Origin: a virus
Virus record (IMG/VR): IMGVR_UViG_3300011140_000001
Coordinates: 1 to 41,739 of that record
Length of the DNA stretch: 41,739 bases
Reading direction: 5' to 3' (one strand)
Shown here: one piece after another, positions 1 through 8,899 of the stretch
Numbering within the stretch: position 1 is the first letter of the stretch
How the letters are laid out: the number at the start of each line of letters is the position of its first letter
Made by a program: the position numbers and the translations under genes
Notes under the pieces: model-generated
Databases searched by the model: none
Seen by the model: the letters and a program-made list of their open reading frames with translations, nothing else
Told to the model about the DNA's origin: nothing

Positions 1-77
1 ACCATAGACTTTACGTTGCCCATGGTAAGCAACTGCGGTGGGGTTAAATTCGAAAGGATTTCGGATTAATGGCGGGG
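1..77. repeat. Left copy of the 77-nt terminal overlap (identical to 41663-41739)
   Basis: Base-by-base comparison: accatagactttacgttgcccatggtaagc...ggattaatggcgggg occurs at both ends. Confidence 0.97.
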
Positions 78-861
78 TAATTGAACCGTTTGTTTCGATG
101 TTATCGTCAGTAAAACTTGTTTCTGTAGTTTCACCAATATAGCTTGCTAGACCAGATCGTAATTTGAAAATGTTATATCGAGTAGCCCCTGTGACAGTAT
201 CCCATGTAATTGTGTTGTAGTTACCCGCAAGAGTTAAATCGTTTTTAACAGTGACTTTTGTAGATGCAGCGGATTCATTTTGTTCATCAACTGCAGTAAC
301 TTGGTATGAGTAATCACGCTCAATATATGAGTCGTGCATATTACCGCCTTCTTTATACTTATCTTCAATATGTGCTGTTGCTGCAACGTTTTGTGGCGGA
401 ATTAATCCATAGCCAACATTTACAACTTCAGTGCTCCATTCAGTTGCGCCTTTACGAATAATTTTTCTTGGTGGGTAATCTGGATGCGTAATCGTCACGA
501 CATCAGCAGATTGAGCGTATCGAAGCTGCATTAAATGTTCTTCTGCATAAGGTAATTCAACTTCTAATGGTTGGCCCGCATCATTTAGAAGTATTCCCCC
601 TCTCGCAAAGAAGTTAACAGCACCGGCACGAATCGCTAAAACAACCGCTTGTTCTTCACTAAAAACAAATCGGATAAGACGCATCTTTCCTTGAGATTTC
701 GAATAATGGTGTACGTAGCGGAAGCCTGCACGATAGACAAGCCCGCCAAACAATTCAACATACATGTTTTTGCATTTAGCAACGCCTGTCTGATACTTGG
801 CTTGATCAATACGGCCAAACATATCGGGCGAAATTACACCACCATTAAACGAATATTGCAT
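1..861 (-). CDS. Tail tubular protein B-like (T7 gp12 position), N-terminal 287 codons. The gene continues across the circular junction into 41662..40487
   Basis: ATG at 859-861 directly follows the stop of the upstream gene. There are 287 sense codons (MQYSFNGGVISPDMFGRIDQAKYQTG...) and no stop before base 1. The frame is continuous with the ORF ending at 40487. Confidence 0.8.
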   Translation of the reverse strand, partial: MQYSFNGGVISPDMFGRIDQAKYQTGVAKCKNMYVELFGGLVYRAGFRYVHHYSKSQGKMRLIRFVFSEEQAVVLAIRAGAVNFFARGGILLNDAGQPLEVELPYAEEHLMQLRYAQSADVVTITHPDYPPRKIIRKGATEWSTEVVNVGYGLIPPQNVAATAHIEDKYKEGGNMHDSYIERDYSYQVTAVDEQNESAASTKVTVKNDLTLAGNYNTITWDTVTGATRYNIFKLRSGLASYIGETTETSFTDDNIETNGSITPPLIRNPFEFNPTAVAYHGQRKVYG

Positions 862-1416
862 TTATCGTGCCTCAAACATTGAGCCCGTGTGTTCTGGGCG
901 GGGTTCAATACGATGTTGCTGAAGATCAATAAAGACCGCTTGGCTGAGACTCATTGCATAACCACTCAACATTTGTCTTTGTTTTTCTTCACTCTGGGTT
1001 AACGGACCCGCTATTCGAGCCGCTAAAAGATATGACAAAGCCATTTGGAAAGAATCAGGTAATAAAGCCAAGTCTTTAACATCGTGGACGTATCGCAATA
1101 CTGGTGCAGGGTCATCTGTAAATAGGTGATTGCCTTCTACATAGAATCGACTGCCTGATTCAAGCTGAAATATACGGACCTTATCACTTGGCAAAACATA
1201 CGCTGTGCCAAACTCATAACCCGCATCGACATTTAAGCGAACGCGCTTAACGGCAAACGTCCATTGATGTTCGTTATCTAATAACTCACGTCTGCAAACT
1301 GGATAAAACGTGTTGCATAGATTTGCATGTTTTGTCGGTTCTTTTAGCTCTTTAACAACATAGCCCTGCGCGAGATGCGACAGGGCTAAATTGCAAAGAT
1401 CAACAATTGATCTCAT
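862..1416 (-). CDS. Tail tubular protein A / adaptor-like (T7 gp11 position)
   Basis: 184 aa. The N-terminal helix MRSIVDLCNLALSHLAQG resembles gp11-type proteins. Its size fits, and it sits immediately upstream of the large tubular B-like gene. Confidence 0.6.
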   Translation of the reverse strand: MRSIVDLCNLALSHLAQGYVVKELKEPTKHANLCNTFYPVCRRELLDNEHQWTFAVKRVRLNVDAGYEFGTAYVLPSDKVRIFQLESGSRFYVEGNHLFTDDPAPVLRYVHDVKDLALLPDSFQMALSYLLAARIAGPLTQSEEKQRQMLSGYAMSLSQAVFIDLQQHRIEPRPEHTGSMFEAR

Positions 1417-1431
1417 AGGAGTTACCCTGCT

Positions 1432-1797
1432 TTAGAACTTTTTGTCTAATTCGGCTTGATAAAGTTTTTCCTTCAACAAATACCCTTCTAACTGCCAAAT
1501 TTTTTCACGGGCATTTTTATACGCCACTTCTTGGCCAATAAACGGATCAAAGTTTTCAGGAGCTACACATGCACTCTCACCAGTAACAGTAAAACCATTC
1601 TCTAAAACGATTGTGCAAAAGGTTAAACAGCGCAATGTTTGATATGTCTTTTCATCCATAGCCTGTTTTGGGTCAATGGCTGCTAAAGGCGAATGGTAAT
1701 AAACTTGCTTAATTTTTGAATCAAGCTGATCAGGCGTTATGCGAGGAGCATTTAAACCTTTTGCTTGAATTTGTTGTTCGATTTGTTCTTCAGACAT
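1432..1797 (-). CDS. N4 Gp49 / Sf6 gp66 family-like small phage protein
   Basis: 121 aa. The core LTFCTIVLENGFTVTGESACVAPENFDPFIGQEVAYKNA resembles that family signature from memory. Confidence 0.6.
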   Translation of the reverse strand: MSEEQIEQQIQAKGLNAPRITPDQLDSKIKQVYYHSPLAAIDPKQAMDEKTYQTLRCLTFCTIVLENGFTVTGESACVAPENFDPFIGQEVAYKNAREKIWQLEGYLLKEKLYQAELDKKF

Positions 1798-1831
1798 TTT
1801 TGCACCTTTAGCTAGATTTGCTTTGTGTGGT

Positions 1832-1861
1832 AAAAGCCCGTACTGATACGGGCCCTTTTTT
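1832..1861 (-). terminator. Rho-independent terminator-like hairpin after the head genes (bidirectional shape)
   Basis: Stem GCCCGTA / TACGGGC (1836-1853) with a 4-nt loop. It is flanked by an A run and a T run, so a U tract follows on either strand. Confidence 0.65.
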
Positions 1862-1863
1862 AA

Positions 1864-2124
1864 TTATTCAGCCTTTAGAAGCTTAATAATTTGTGCTTTA
1901 GTTTCTGAACCAGTTAATGAAATACCCTTTTCAACTGCAACAATTGCGAGTTCTTCAGGTGTCATACTTGAGTAAGATTTAGCGGGATCAGTTTGTTTTG
2001 GTTCAACATCATCAAACCAAAGTGCGGTTTCTTCTTCAGGTACAGAAAAAACCTCGCCTTCTTGAACTAAGCGATCGTTATAGAATCCCTTTTGATTTGC
2101 TCGAACTTGCTTGTATTCCATCAT
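1864..2124 (-). CDS. Small head-module protein with a C-terminal HeH/Rho-N-like motif
   Basis: 86 aa. The start overlaps the upstream stop (TAATG). The C-terminus reads TPEELAIVAVEKGISLTGSETKAQIIKLLKAE. Confidence 0.6.
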   Translation of the reverse strand: MMEYKQVRANQKGFYNDRLVQEGEVFSVPEEETALWFDDVEPKQTDPAKSYSSMTPEELAIVAVEKGISLTGSETKAQIIKLLKAE

Positions 2125-2528
2125 TAAGCCCCCGCATAAACTGGATATGCTGCGTTAACATCGCGGCTATCAGAAATGTATGAGAACACAGACCCTGCTG
2201 TAAAAGGCCCGCTACCAACAGAATAGTTCAAACGAACATAGCGCTTAGGTTTCACTGGAAGCATAACCTCAGCAATTACACCTGAATTAAGTTCAACTGC
2301 CGTATAAGCACGCGAAGTCTCAATGGTTTCCCAATTGCTGTTATCGCTTGATTGTTGAAGCTGCACAGTAATGGTTGCCGTAGTTGGAGCTAAATTTTTA
2401 CCGCGTACTAAAACAGGCAAACGATTTACACTTGTTGATGCCTTTTGCAAATCAAGTGTGTCGGTAGATGTCGCAGTAACTGTAATTGCTTGGTCTTGCG
2501 ACATTACTAATAATTTATCAATAAGCAT
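2124..2528 (-). CDS. Capsid cement/decoration protein candidate (Bbp16-like)
   Basis: 134 aa, directly downstream of the major capsid gene. Beta-rich sequence. The family name is from memory of BPP-1-type head modules. Confidence 0.5.
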   Translation of the reverse strand: MLIDKLLVMSQDQAITVTATSTDTLDLQKASTSVNRLPVLVRGKNLAPTTATITVQLQQSSDNSNWETIETSRAYTAVELNSGVIAEVMLPVKPKRYVRLNYSVGSGPFTAGSVFSYISDSRDVNAAYPVYAGA

Positions 2529-2542
2529 AGCTAGGCTACTCC

Positions 2543-3538
2543 TTAAACCACGCGAGATTCAGTGTTTAAAATCGCATCGACACGACGAATAGGAATGCCG
2601 TCGAACTTAGTAACGCTACGACCGCCTTGCTCTTCAACAGTGATACGCACGTTTTTGTTGTTAACACTTTGGCGACGAAGGAAAGACGAAATAGTACGGT
2701 TGGCATAAATAGCAACACGACCACTTGTTTTACGAGGCAACAACTCAGCAGCTTGTGCCAATAAATCAAACAAGTCCGCACCCGCGCTTGCATCTTTAGT
2801 AAGCGCAGCAACATCAATGTTTGCAATACGAACTAATGCACGCCAATCACGAACGGTAACACCTGCATTCCACACGAAATGAGTGCGTAGAACTTGGTGC
2901 ATTAAACCGTTTTGGTCTTTGTCCGTTACTTCACCTAGATTACGGATTTGTAAACCCGCTTTAGTGCCTTTAGGATAAATTCCGTGAACAGTATCCTTAT
3001 GCCAAACAACAAACCAAATTGAAGTGTTGTTATTACCTGTACCGCCTGCATCCAAGATATTTCGCTTATTTGCGGGGTTAGTTTGAGAAATATCATTGAA
3101 TCTTGGTGCAAAACCAGTAAATGCCGCGGGGGTGTCACGCGCATTACCATAAACTAAGGTTTCGCCCATAGTTTGAGACATACCCTCTACAAACGCAGCG
3201 TCTTCACTTGCACGCCATTCTTGAGGGTTTTGCTCCATATCATAAAGTTGCTTATCAACTTCAGAATATGATTCAAGCAAACCGCACGTATCACGTACAG
3301 CAGCAGTTGCAGATTTTTCAGCGGGAACACCATAGTTCAACAAACGCCAAGCGCCTTTAGGCAAACCTGTACGGATTGTTGTTTTATGCCCAGTCCCGTC
3401 GTTTGCTTCAACCCAAACCATATCGTCAAGCAATTCGTTACTTGCACTAAGGATTTCAATAACTGCACTTTCGGGTGTTTGTCCGTAGCGTGCAGCTAAA
3501 TCCATTAAGGTAGGTTGTAATTGTGCGATTACAGACAT
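2543..3538 (-). CDS. Major capsid protein
   Basis: 331 aa. It lies after the scaffold-like gene and before the cement-like gene. Size is typical of HK97-fold podovirus capsid proteins. Confidence 0.8.
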   Translation of the reverse strand: MSVIAQLQPTLMDLAARYGQTPESAVIEILSASNELLDDMVWVEANDGTGHKTTIRTGLPKGAWRLLNYGVPAEKSATAAVRDTCGLLESYSEVDKQLYDMEQNPQEWRASEDAAFVEGMSQTMGETLVYGNARDTPAAFTGFAPRFNDISQTNPANKRNILDAGGTGNNNTSIWFVVWHKDTVHGIYPKGTKAGLQIRNLGEVTDKDQNGLMHQVLRTHFVWNAGVTVRDWRALVRIANIDVAALTKDASAGADLFDLLAQAAELLPRKTSGRVAIYANRTISSFLRRQSVNNKNVRITVEEQGGRSVTKFDGIPIRRVDAILNTESRVV

Positions 3539-3555
3539 ATTCAGCCCTCTGTTAG

Positions 3556-4239
3556 TTATTTATCATCGCCATACCAAAGTTTGCCGAGACTAGTTCCAGT
3601 TGTATTTGTGCCTTTGCCATGTGTCATGTTGTCAGCTTCTAACAACTTGCCAACTTCAGCCATAAAACCAATTACAGCCGGATGGTTTCCTAGTCCGCTC
3701 TTAAAGAGAATCTTAGAGATTTCATCACCTCTCGGTAAGCTAAAGGCACGTTGTGCTGTCAACAGGCTTTCTTTTAATTTATCCCCGCCGTATTCTGGGT
3801 CTGCTTTTGCTGCATCAAGCCATGAAGCAATTACTTTTTGCTGTTCTTGCACTTGTCGTTGTTGCATTTGAACACCCAAATCAACAAGCTTTTGAACTGA
3901 TTCTTGCGGCATTTTGAATTGCTGACCTAGCTCTTGAAGAACCTTTGAATCTTCAGCATTTAATGAATACCCATCTGGCATTGTGAAATCAGTATATTGA
4001 ATTGGTTGCTCAGCAGGCTGTTGTTCTGTGGGAGGTTGTTCGCCTCCTAACAGAACATCTGGTTTACCTTCTTGATTATCCGTTGTGGCTGAAGTTGTTG
4101 TTGTTTCAACCGCAGGTACCGTTGCCGATGTTGTTGTTGTGTTATCTGTCGGTGTAGTAGAAGTTGTATCTGTAGGTGCCGCAGCTGTTGTCGTAGTTGC
4201 GGTATTAGTTGCTGTCGTAGTTGTCGCTGCTTCGCTCAT
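3556..4239 (-). CDS. Scaffolding protein candidate with an N-terminal Thr/Ala-rich tract
   Basis: 227 aa between portal and capsid. RBS AAGGTGAG lies before the ATG at 4237-4239. The C-terminal half is helical and charged. The first ~56 residues are Thr/Ala low complexity. Confidence 0.6.
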   Translation of the reverse strand: MSEAATTTTATNTATTTTAAAPTDTTSTTPTDNTTTTSATVPAVETTTTSATTDNQEGKPDVLLGGEQPPTEQQPAEQPIQYTDFTMPDGYSLNAEDSKVLQELGQQFKMPQESVQKLVDLGVQMQQRQVQEQQKVIASWLDAAKADPEYGGDKLKESLLTAQRAFSLPRGDEISKILFKSGLGNHPAVIGFMAEVGKLLEADNMTHGKGTNTTGTSLGKLWYGDDK

Positions 4240-4537
4240 GGCTCACCTTCTCGTTAGTTTCTTTAAAATGTTGTTTTTGCATGTCTAACCATGCATCTGA
4301 ATTTGCTTGTGTAATTTCACCAATAATGAATAGTCCGAAATCTCTACGGCCCTCATAAAAGGCAAAATCACTGATTTGTGCACCAGTTCCGTAGGTCGGT
4401 TGTAAATAATTCGACCTATTGATTAAGCGCATTAAAAAACGTTTACCGCTTTCGGTATTAAGTAAAGCGCGAAGGTCATTTAACTCCTGGTCACGCTGTT
4501 TTTTGTTGTCACTGGTTTTCTTGTCTAAATCACTCAT
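4205..4537 (-). CDS. Small head-module protein (possibly Bbp19-like)
   Basis: 110 aa. It overlaps the portal stop and the scaffold start. Family assignment is tentative. Confidence 0.5.
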   Translation of the reverse strand: MSDLDKKTSDNKKQRDQELNDLRALLNTESGKRFLMRLINRSNYLQPTYGTGAQISDFAFYEGRRDFGLFIIGEITQANSDAWLDMQKQHFKETNEKVSHERSSDNYDSN

Positions 4538-6225
4538 TGCCCACCGCCTTGCAAGAACATATCTGATAAGGTTTCAGGGTCCGTATTGCTTACTGTTTGC
4601 AATGTATTTGCATTAGTGTTTTGAGTTTGGGCTTGCTGTTGTTCAATCGCTTGCTGTTGCGCAATTTGCAGTTGCTGTGCGCGTTGGTTGCGGATTTGAT
4701 CAACAACACGTTTAGGACGGAAAACATCAGGCGATACGCCGTTAATATCAACGTACTCAGCCAAGAATTTATCGGTATCGAAATTATCGAGTACTTGAGG
4801 GTCAACCTGTGCAACCTGTCCAATCATGGCAAGAGCACGTTCAAGAATTGCTGAACCTGAAGATTTTTGTGCAAGGGCAAGAATAGATACGAAGTTGATT
4901 TCTACGTCTGCATTTTGAATAGCTTCAGGTGCGATTTGGCGAAGATATTCGTTATTCGCTAAAACACGATCAACACAGATTTCTACAAGTGGACGTAACA
5001 GCTCATCAATCTGACGTTCAACAACTGGACCAAGCATAAGCATCTTTTCTGATTTGCGCTCATACACTTCTGTTGCTGTCATTTTCCCTTTGTCAAATGC
5101 ATCAAGCATCATAAACAGGTCAGTATGAAATGAGCGCTTAACGCGTTCTTGACATTGTGCAATTTGCATCATTACGCCGTTCAAATCGAATTGAACATTA
5201 AGCATTGATTGAACTTGTGCAACTTGACCTGTCGGCGAAGCTTGGTAGAACGCAATGCCGTTTGGCAATGTCTCCCGCTCATGGCCTTTGAGATAATCAG
5301 GTAATAGCAAAGGCGGTCGAACTTGATAGTCCACACCTACAGCAATTTGTTGATGCCCTTTCTGCAAAGCACGCAAGTCACCAATACAATCGCTTGCAGG
5401 GCCTTCACCATATACATCGCTGCTTGATACTGTCCAACGTCCGCAAATAACTTGAAAGCCCATCATTCCGCTTTCACGTAGCAATTTATCTGTTGAACTT
5501 GGTTCATAGTAGATCGATGCAAAAGGCATATTCTTTGGTCCATATCCTTTTGCATCTACGCGTTCATAAATTGCATGACATACTTCAAACTCTTGTTCAA
5601 AGTTATTGTTGTCATATGCACTTTTAACCGAATCAGATACGTTTTCTTTGCCAAACTGTTTGACCATATTGATGGTAGTCAATTTGAACTTACGATATAC
5701 GCCATTCGGCTTATTAAATTCGTCCGTTGTAATTGCGTATTCGCCAAATGTGAGGGGGATTAAATCCATCAATTCGGCTTTTGAATTACGCCCATGTTCA
5801 GGCGCAAGTGCTGCGCCAATACCGAATGCACCTTCTTGCATGTAGATATGATGTACAGACCGATAGACATTGCTCTTTGCAAAAGCGACATAGCATGCAT
5901 CCTCAACAGCTTTGAGCCATTGGCGCACCTCAATATCTTTTTGCAAAGCTTCATCAGCGGCCTCCAAAGTGAACCACTTACGGCTTGGCGAACAAGTGCC
6001 CGAAACCATCCCCGCGGCAAGAGTTTTTAACGAGTCTTTACCCGTGTTATCTACAATTTTTGACCATGCGGAACGGTCGTGCTTTTCTTGGTTTTTGATT
6101 GTCTTGATAGCAGAAGGCAAAACGTGTAGAGCCAATTCAGCACAATAGTCGTCCATATCACTAACACGTATCTGCCAAACGGCATCAAATCGTTTTTTTA
6201 GCGCTCTGATATCGTCTTCAGTCAT
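4534..6225 (-). CDS. Portal (head-to-tail connector) protein
   Basis: 563 aa located after TerL and one small gene, with a Gln-rich C-terminal tail. Size and order are typical of podovirus connectors. Confidence 0.8.
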   Translation of the reverse strand: MTEDDIRALKKRFDAVWQIRVSDMDDYCAELALHVLPSAIKTIKNQEKHDRSAWSKIVDNTGKDSLKTLAAGMVSGTCSPSRKWFTLEAADEALQKDIEVRQWLKAVEDACYVAFAKSNVYRSVHHIYMQEGAFGIGAALAPEHGRNSKAELMDLIPLTFGEYAITTDEFNKPNGVYRKFKLTTINMVKQFGKENVSDSVKSAYDNNNFEQEFEVCHAIYERVDAKGYGPKNMPFASIYYEPSSTDKLLRESGMMGFQVICGRWTVSSSDVYGEGPASDCIGDLRALQKGHQQIAVGVDYQVRPPLLLPDYLKGHERETLPNGIAFYQASPTGQVAQVQSMLNVQFDLNGVMMQIAQCQERVKRSFHTDLFMMLDAFDKGKMTATEVYERKSEKMLMLGPVVERQIDELLRPLVEICVDRVLANNEYLRQIAPEAIQNADVEINFVSILALAQKSSGSAILERALAMIGQVAQVDPQVLDNFDTDKFLAEYVDINGVSPDVFRPKRVVDQIRNQRAQQLQIAQQQAIEQQQAQTQNTNANTLQTVSNTDPETLSDMFLQGGGQ

Positions 6226-6226
6226 C

Positions 6227-6571
6227 TTAACCGCCTAATAAAGCTTTCTTGCCTAGACGCAAATCTTCTGCATTAACGCCTTGCGCATCTGTATAAAGCG
6301 TATTAGCAATGCCACCAGACATTGAGTTTTGGGCTTGCTGTACACGGTCGATTGTTGCCGATGAATCAGGCGATTTAGAATCTTGTCGAGTCGGTTGCTT
6401 TGGCGGTGCCTGTACTTGAACAGTAGGTTGCTTACCAAGTCCCAAAGCGTCACCAAGCTGACCGCCAATCATTCCACCCGTTAAAAAATCCAATGCTTTG
6501 TTTGTGCACATTTCAATAGCTCCAAAAACTTGTATTGACATTATGCTTTTGGCAAATGCCATTAGCGCCAT
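6227..6571 (-). CDS. Hypothetical protein between TerL and portal. The true start may be the ATG at 6511
   Basis: 114-aa ORF. The internal start MCTNK has GGAG 9 nt upstream, whereas the first ATG has no spacing to its AGGAA. The sequence is Gly- and Gln-rich. Confidence 0.55.
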   Translation of the reverse strand: MALMAFAKSIMSIQVFGAIEMCTNKALDFLTGGMIGGQLGDALGLGKQPTVQVQAPPKQPTRQDSKSPDSSATIDRVQQAQNSMSGGIANTLYTDAQGVNAEDLRLGKKALLGG

Positions 6572-6583
6572 TTCCTGTTGACA

Positions 6584-8206
6584 CTACGCATAAGGGTCGT
6601 AATCACGTCTAGCTGCTGATGCATTAATTGCCTGCATTATGTGGCGCTTAGGTGTATCAATTTGCGCATTGATAATTGCAGAGCCATAGTCGGGACTGCG
6701 GCCAATACGTTTAACAATATCTTCCCTTGATTCGACCTTGATATTTGTGCCTTGTAATGACCAACGAGGTGCGGTTAAGTCGGCTAAAAGTTCAGGTTCA
6801 GGAGGCAAAGCAACTGTGCTTCCATATGCAGGGTCTAAAGATTCGCGGAACTGCCACCAGAGTTGAGAACGCAAGTTGTAAAAACTAAGTTGGCCTGAGC
6901 GGTCGAAAGAAGTTGCAGCATTACGCACATCAACAGGCACAACATGAATACCTGATTGCTTTAAGAAATCGTAAGTACTTGCACCTACACCAATCACATC
7001 GACATGGATAGGCGCATGGTCACGAACATGCGAAACAGCAAATGATGCACTTGCGGGACCGTCTTTAGACTGAATGCCCTCTAGCACGTTTGCCTTGTTG
7101 TACCAAAAGACATGACGTGCATAACCAATTGTGTTGTCCTTACCACCACGTGCAACGTCCAATCCGTAAGAATCCATCTTGAAATCACCACGATGCAAAA
7201 TGCGCATGTCTTCAAGTGGTTTCCAACGTGCTTGAGCTGCTTCAACCCATTCTGTAGGAATAACTTGCCAAGGGTCATCTTCAATACCCGCACCGAAATC
7301 GCCGTATAACATTTGTGACCTCAAAGGTTCAGGCAATGCTTGCAAGGTACTCATGTAGCCTGTTTCCATGTAGTACTTGTTGTCGGTCACACGTGCAGGA
7401 ATGAACGTGCGCGATTTGGGTTTAATGATGTGTTCAGGCTTGTAATCCTTTGGGTCGAAGTCATAAACAATTTGATCATCAATAAGTACAAATGGTTTAT
7501 TGCTTTCAACTTCCTGCTCCTTGCCTTTTACCATCGCGAACCAACGCAGTTCACCGGGCTTTGCAGGGTTCGGGTGCCCCTTTTTAATCCAAGGTGCAAA
7601 GTAATCAATTACCCAACGCCCTTCGGCTGTAGTTGGTGGGTTGAAGGTCATTAGACATTTGGATTTGATTGTTGGGTCAGATGAACGATTCCAACCCATC
7701 ACAAAGCGGGCTTGTGATTCACGAATTTCTGTAGCTTCATCAAGTGCCTTGAAATCATGAGCACGACCTTGCCATCGCTTCTCATCACCCAAGTTATCAA
7801 GACCACCAAATTCGATTAAGCGACCATTACCCAAATTCCAGAATGATTTTTGCGAGTTATAGCCGTTCTTATGGCCTAAAATTTCTTCACAACGCTGTAC
7901 GATACCGTCTGTTTGCGCCTTCTCTCTACGTACAACTAAGCTACGCTTATGCACTGTTAAGAATGAACCAACGATTAAATCCGTTTTACCGCCACCTGCC
8001 GCGCCACCGTAGCCAATAACATCGGCTTGAGATAAATATGCAGCCATTTGCGGACCTTCCAATGGAAACCAGATAGGTGCATCGGCAAGTAGTTTTGCTA
8101 TTTCCGCTTGTTCATCTTCATCAAGCGTCAATAGATATTGCTCAATTTCTGATTCATCCATTTCGGCAAGCAGTGCAAGGATTTCGTCATCAGTTGTTTT
8201 GGTCAT
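6584..8206 (-). CDS. terL: Terminase large subunit
   Basis: Walker A GGAAGGGKTD. A nuclease-like C-terminal half. The start is moved to MTKTT, where GGGGAA lies 4 nt upstream of the ATG at 8204-8206. Confidence 0.9.
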   Translation of the reverse strand: MTKTTDDEILALLAEMDESEIEQYLLTLDEDEQAEIAKLLADAPIWFPLEGPQMAAYLSQADVIGYGGAAGGGKTDLIVGSFLTVHKRSLVVRREKAQTDGIVQRCEEILGHKNGYNSQKSFWNLGNGRLIEFGGLDNLGDEKRWQGRAHDFKALDEATEIRESQARFVMGWNRSSDPTIKSKCLMTFNPPTTAEGRWVIDYFAPWIKKGHPNPAKPGELRWFAMVKGKEQEVESNKPFVLIDDQIVYDFDPKDYKPEHIIKPKSRTFIPARVTDNKYYMETGYMSTLQALPEPLRSQMLYGDFGAGIEDDPWQVIPTEWVEAAQARWKPLEDMRILHRGDFKMDSYGLDVARGGKDNTIGYARHVFWYNKANVLEGIQSKDGPASASFAVSHVRDHAPIHVDVIGVGASTYDFLKQSGIHVVPVDVRNAATSFDRSGQLSFYNLRSQLWWQFRESLDPAYGSTVALPPEPELLADLTAPRWSLQGTNIKVESREDIVKRIGRSPDYGSAIINAQIDTPKRHIMQAINASAARRDYDPYA

Positions 8207-8459
8207 ACATTCCCCAATCTTCAGGTCCAAATACAATGCTGTAACCGATTACACAGATGAGCCAAATTTCAGAACGATCAATGTCTATCTTGTCGCCAAA
8301 CAACTTGAAATAAAGACCTATAAAGAAAATGAACAATACCCAAGTGAAATATGAAAAGGCTTTTTTTGGGCTGATAACTTTAAATTTGACCAATAGCAAA
8401 GTTCCCAAGGCAGCAATATTTGCTGTGATCAACACTAGAATAATTGTGGCAGTAGTCAT
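8190..8459 (-). CDS. Small membrane protein with three predicted TM segments
   Basis: The start ATG at 8457-8459 overlaps the upstream stop (ATATGA). Hydrophobic segments are TATIILVLITANIAALGTLLLV, FSYFTWVLFIFFIGLYFKLF and IWLICVIGYSIVFG. Confidence 0.6.
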   Translation of the reverse strand: MTTATIILVLITANIAALGTLLLVKFKVISPKKAFSYFTWVLFIFFIGLYFKLFGDKIDIDRSEIWLICVIGYSIVFGPEDWGMYDQNN

Positions 8460-8899
8460 ATTTCTGCAAGCTCCCACTCACCATGGCGATAACGTATATA
8501 TCTATTGCCTATCTCATCAACGCCTATGTCAAAGGTCTCATAGCCTTTTGTTTCAGTACCGATTTTGCGAATGATTGGCTGCTTGCAACATGGGCACTCT
8601 TCAAGCTCAGGTGGAATTACCCGATCGTTAGAATCAAATTGCAATTGGCCTAATGCAGACCAATAAATTTTGCGTAGTTCTGGTGTGTCTTGCAGGTTGT
8701 GAAATGCAAGTTCAAATTGATAGGTGCATGTTGTGTTGTGCCCATGTGGGTTGTTCTGACAGAGTTCCCATGCCAATTGCACAGCAGCTATTTTGTATTT
8801 CCCATCTTCATAAATAAAAAGACGTTCACCATGTTGGAATACAAGTTTTTGATAGCTTGGAGCGTTCTTAATATTTTGTTCAAATTGTTCACGCATCAT
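8456..8899 (-). CDS. Hypothetical protein with a CPCC motif
   Basis: The start is taken at MMREQ, where RBS AAAGGGGAAAG precedes it and it overlaps the TerS stop. No family recognised. Confidence 0.55.
   Translation of the reverse strand: MMREQFEQNIKNAPSYQKLVFQHGERLFIYEDGKYKIAAVQLAWELCQNNPHGHNTTCTYQFELAFHNLQDTPELRKIYWSALGQLQFDSNDRVIPPELEECPCCKQPIIRKIGTETKGYETFDIGVDEIGNRYIRYRHGEWELAEI

Noticed and set aside
1-77. The 77-nt end repeat read as a true physical direct terminal repeat of the virion DNA
   Set aside because: It lies inside a continuous reading frame, has no terminase-site features, and its length equals a typical assembler k-mer. An assembly overlap of a circular or permuted genome is the simpler reading. 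Read-level data would settle it.
636-882. Small ORFs at 636-818 (-) and 649-882 (+) from the track
   Set aside because: Both are nested in, or antisense to, the 287-codon N-terminal part of the tubular B-like gene, which explains the region fully.
4085-4288. A plus-strand 67-aa Val/Ala-rich ORF
   Set aside because: It is the mirror image of the Thr/Ala-rich repeat tract of the scaffold-like gene on the other strand. It has no independent signals.
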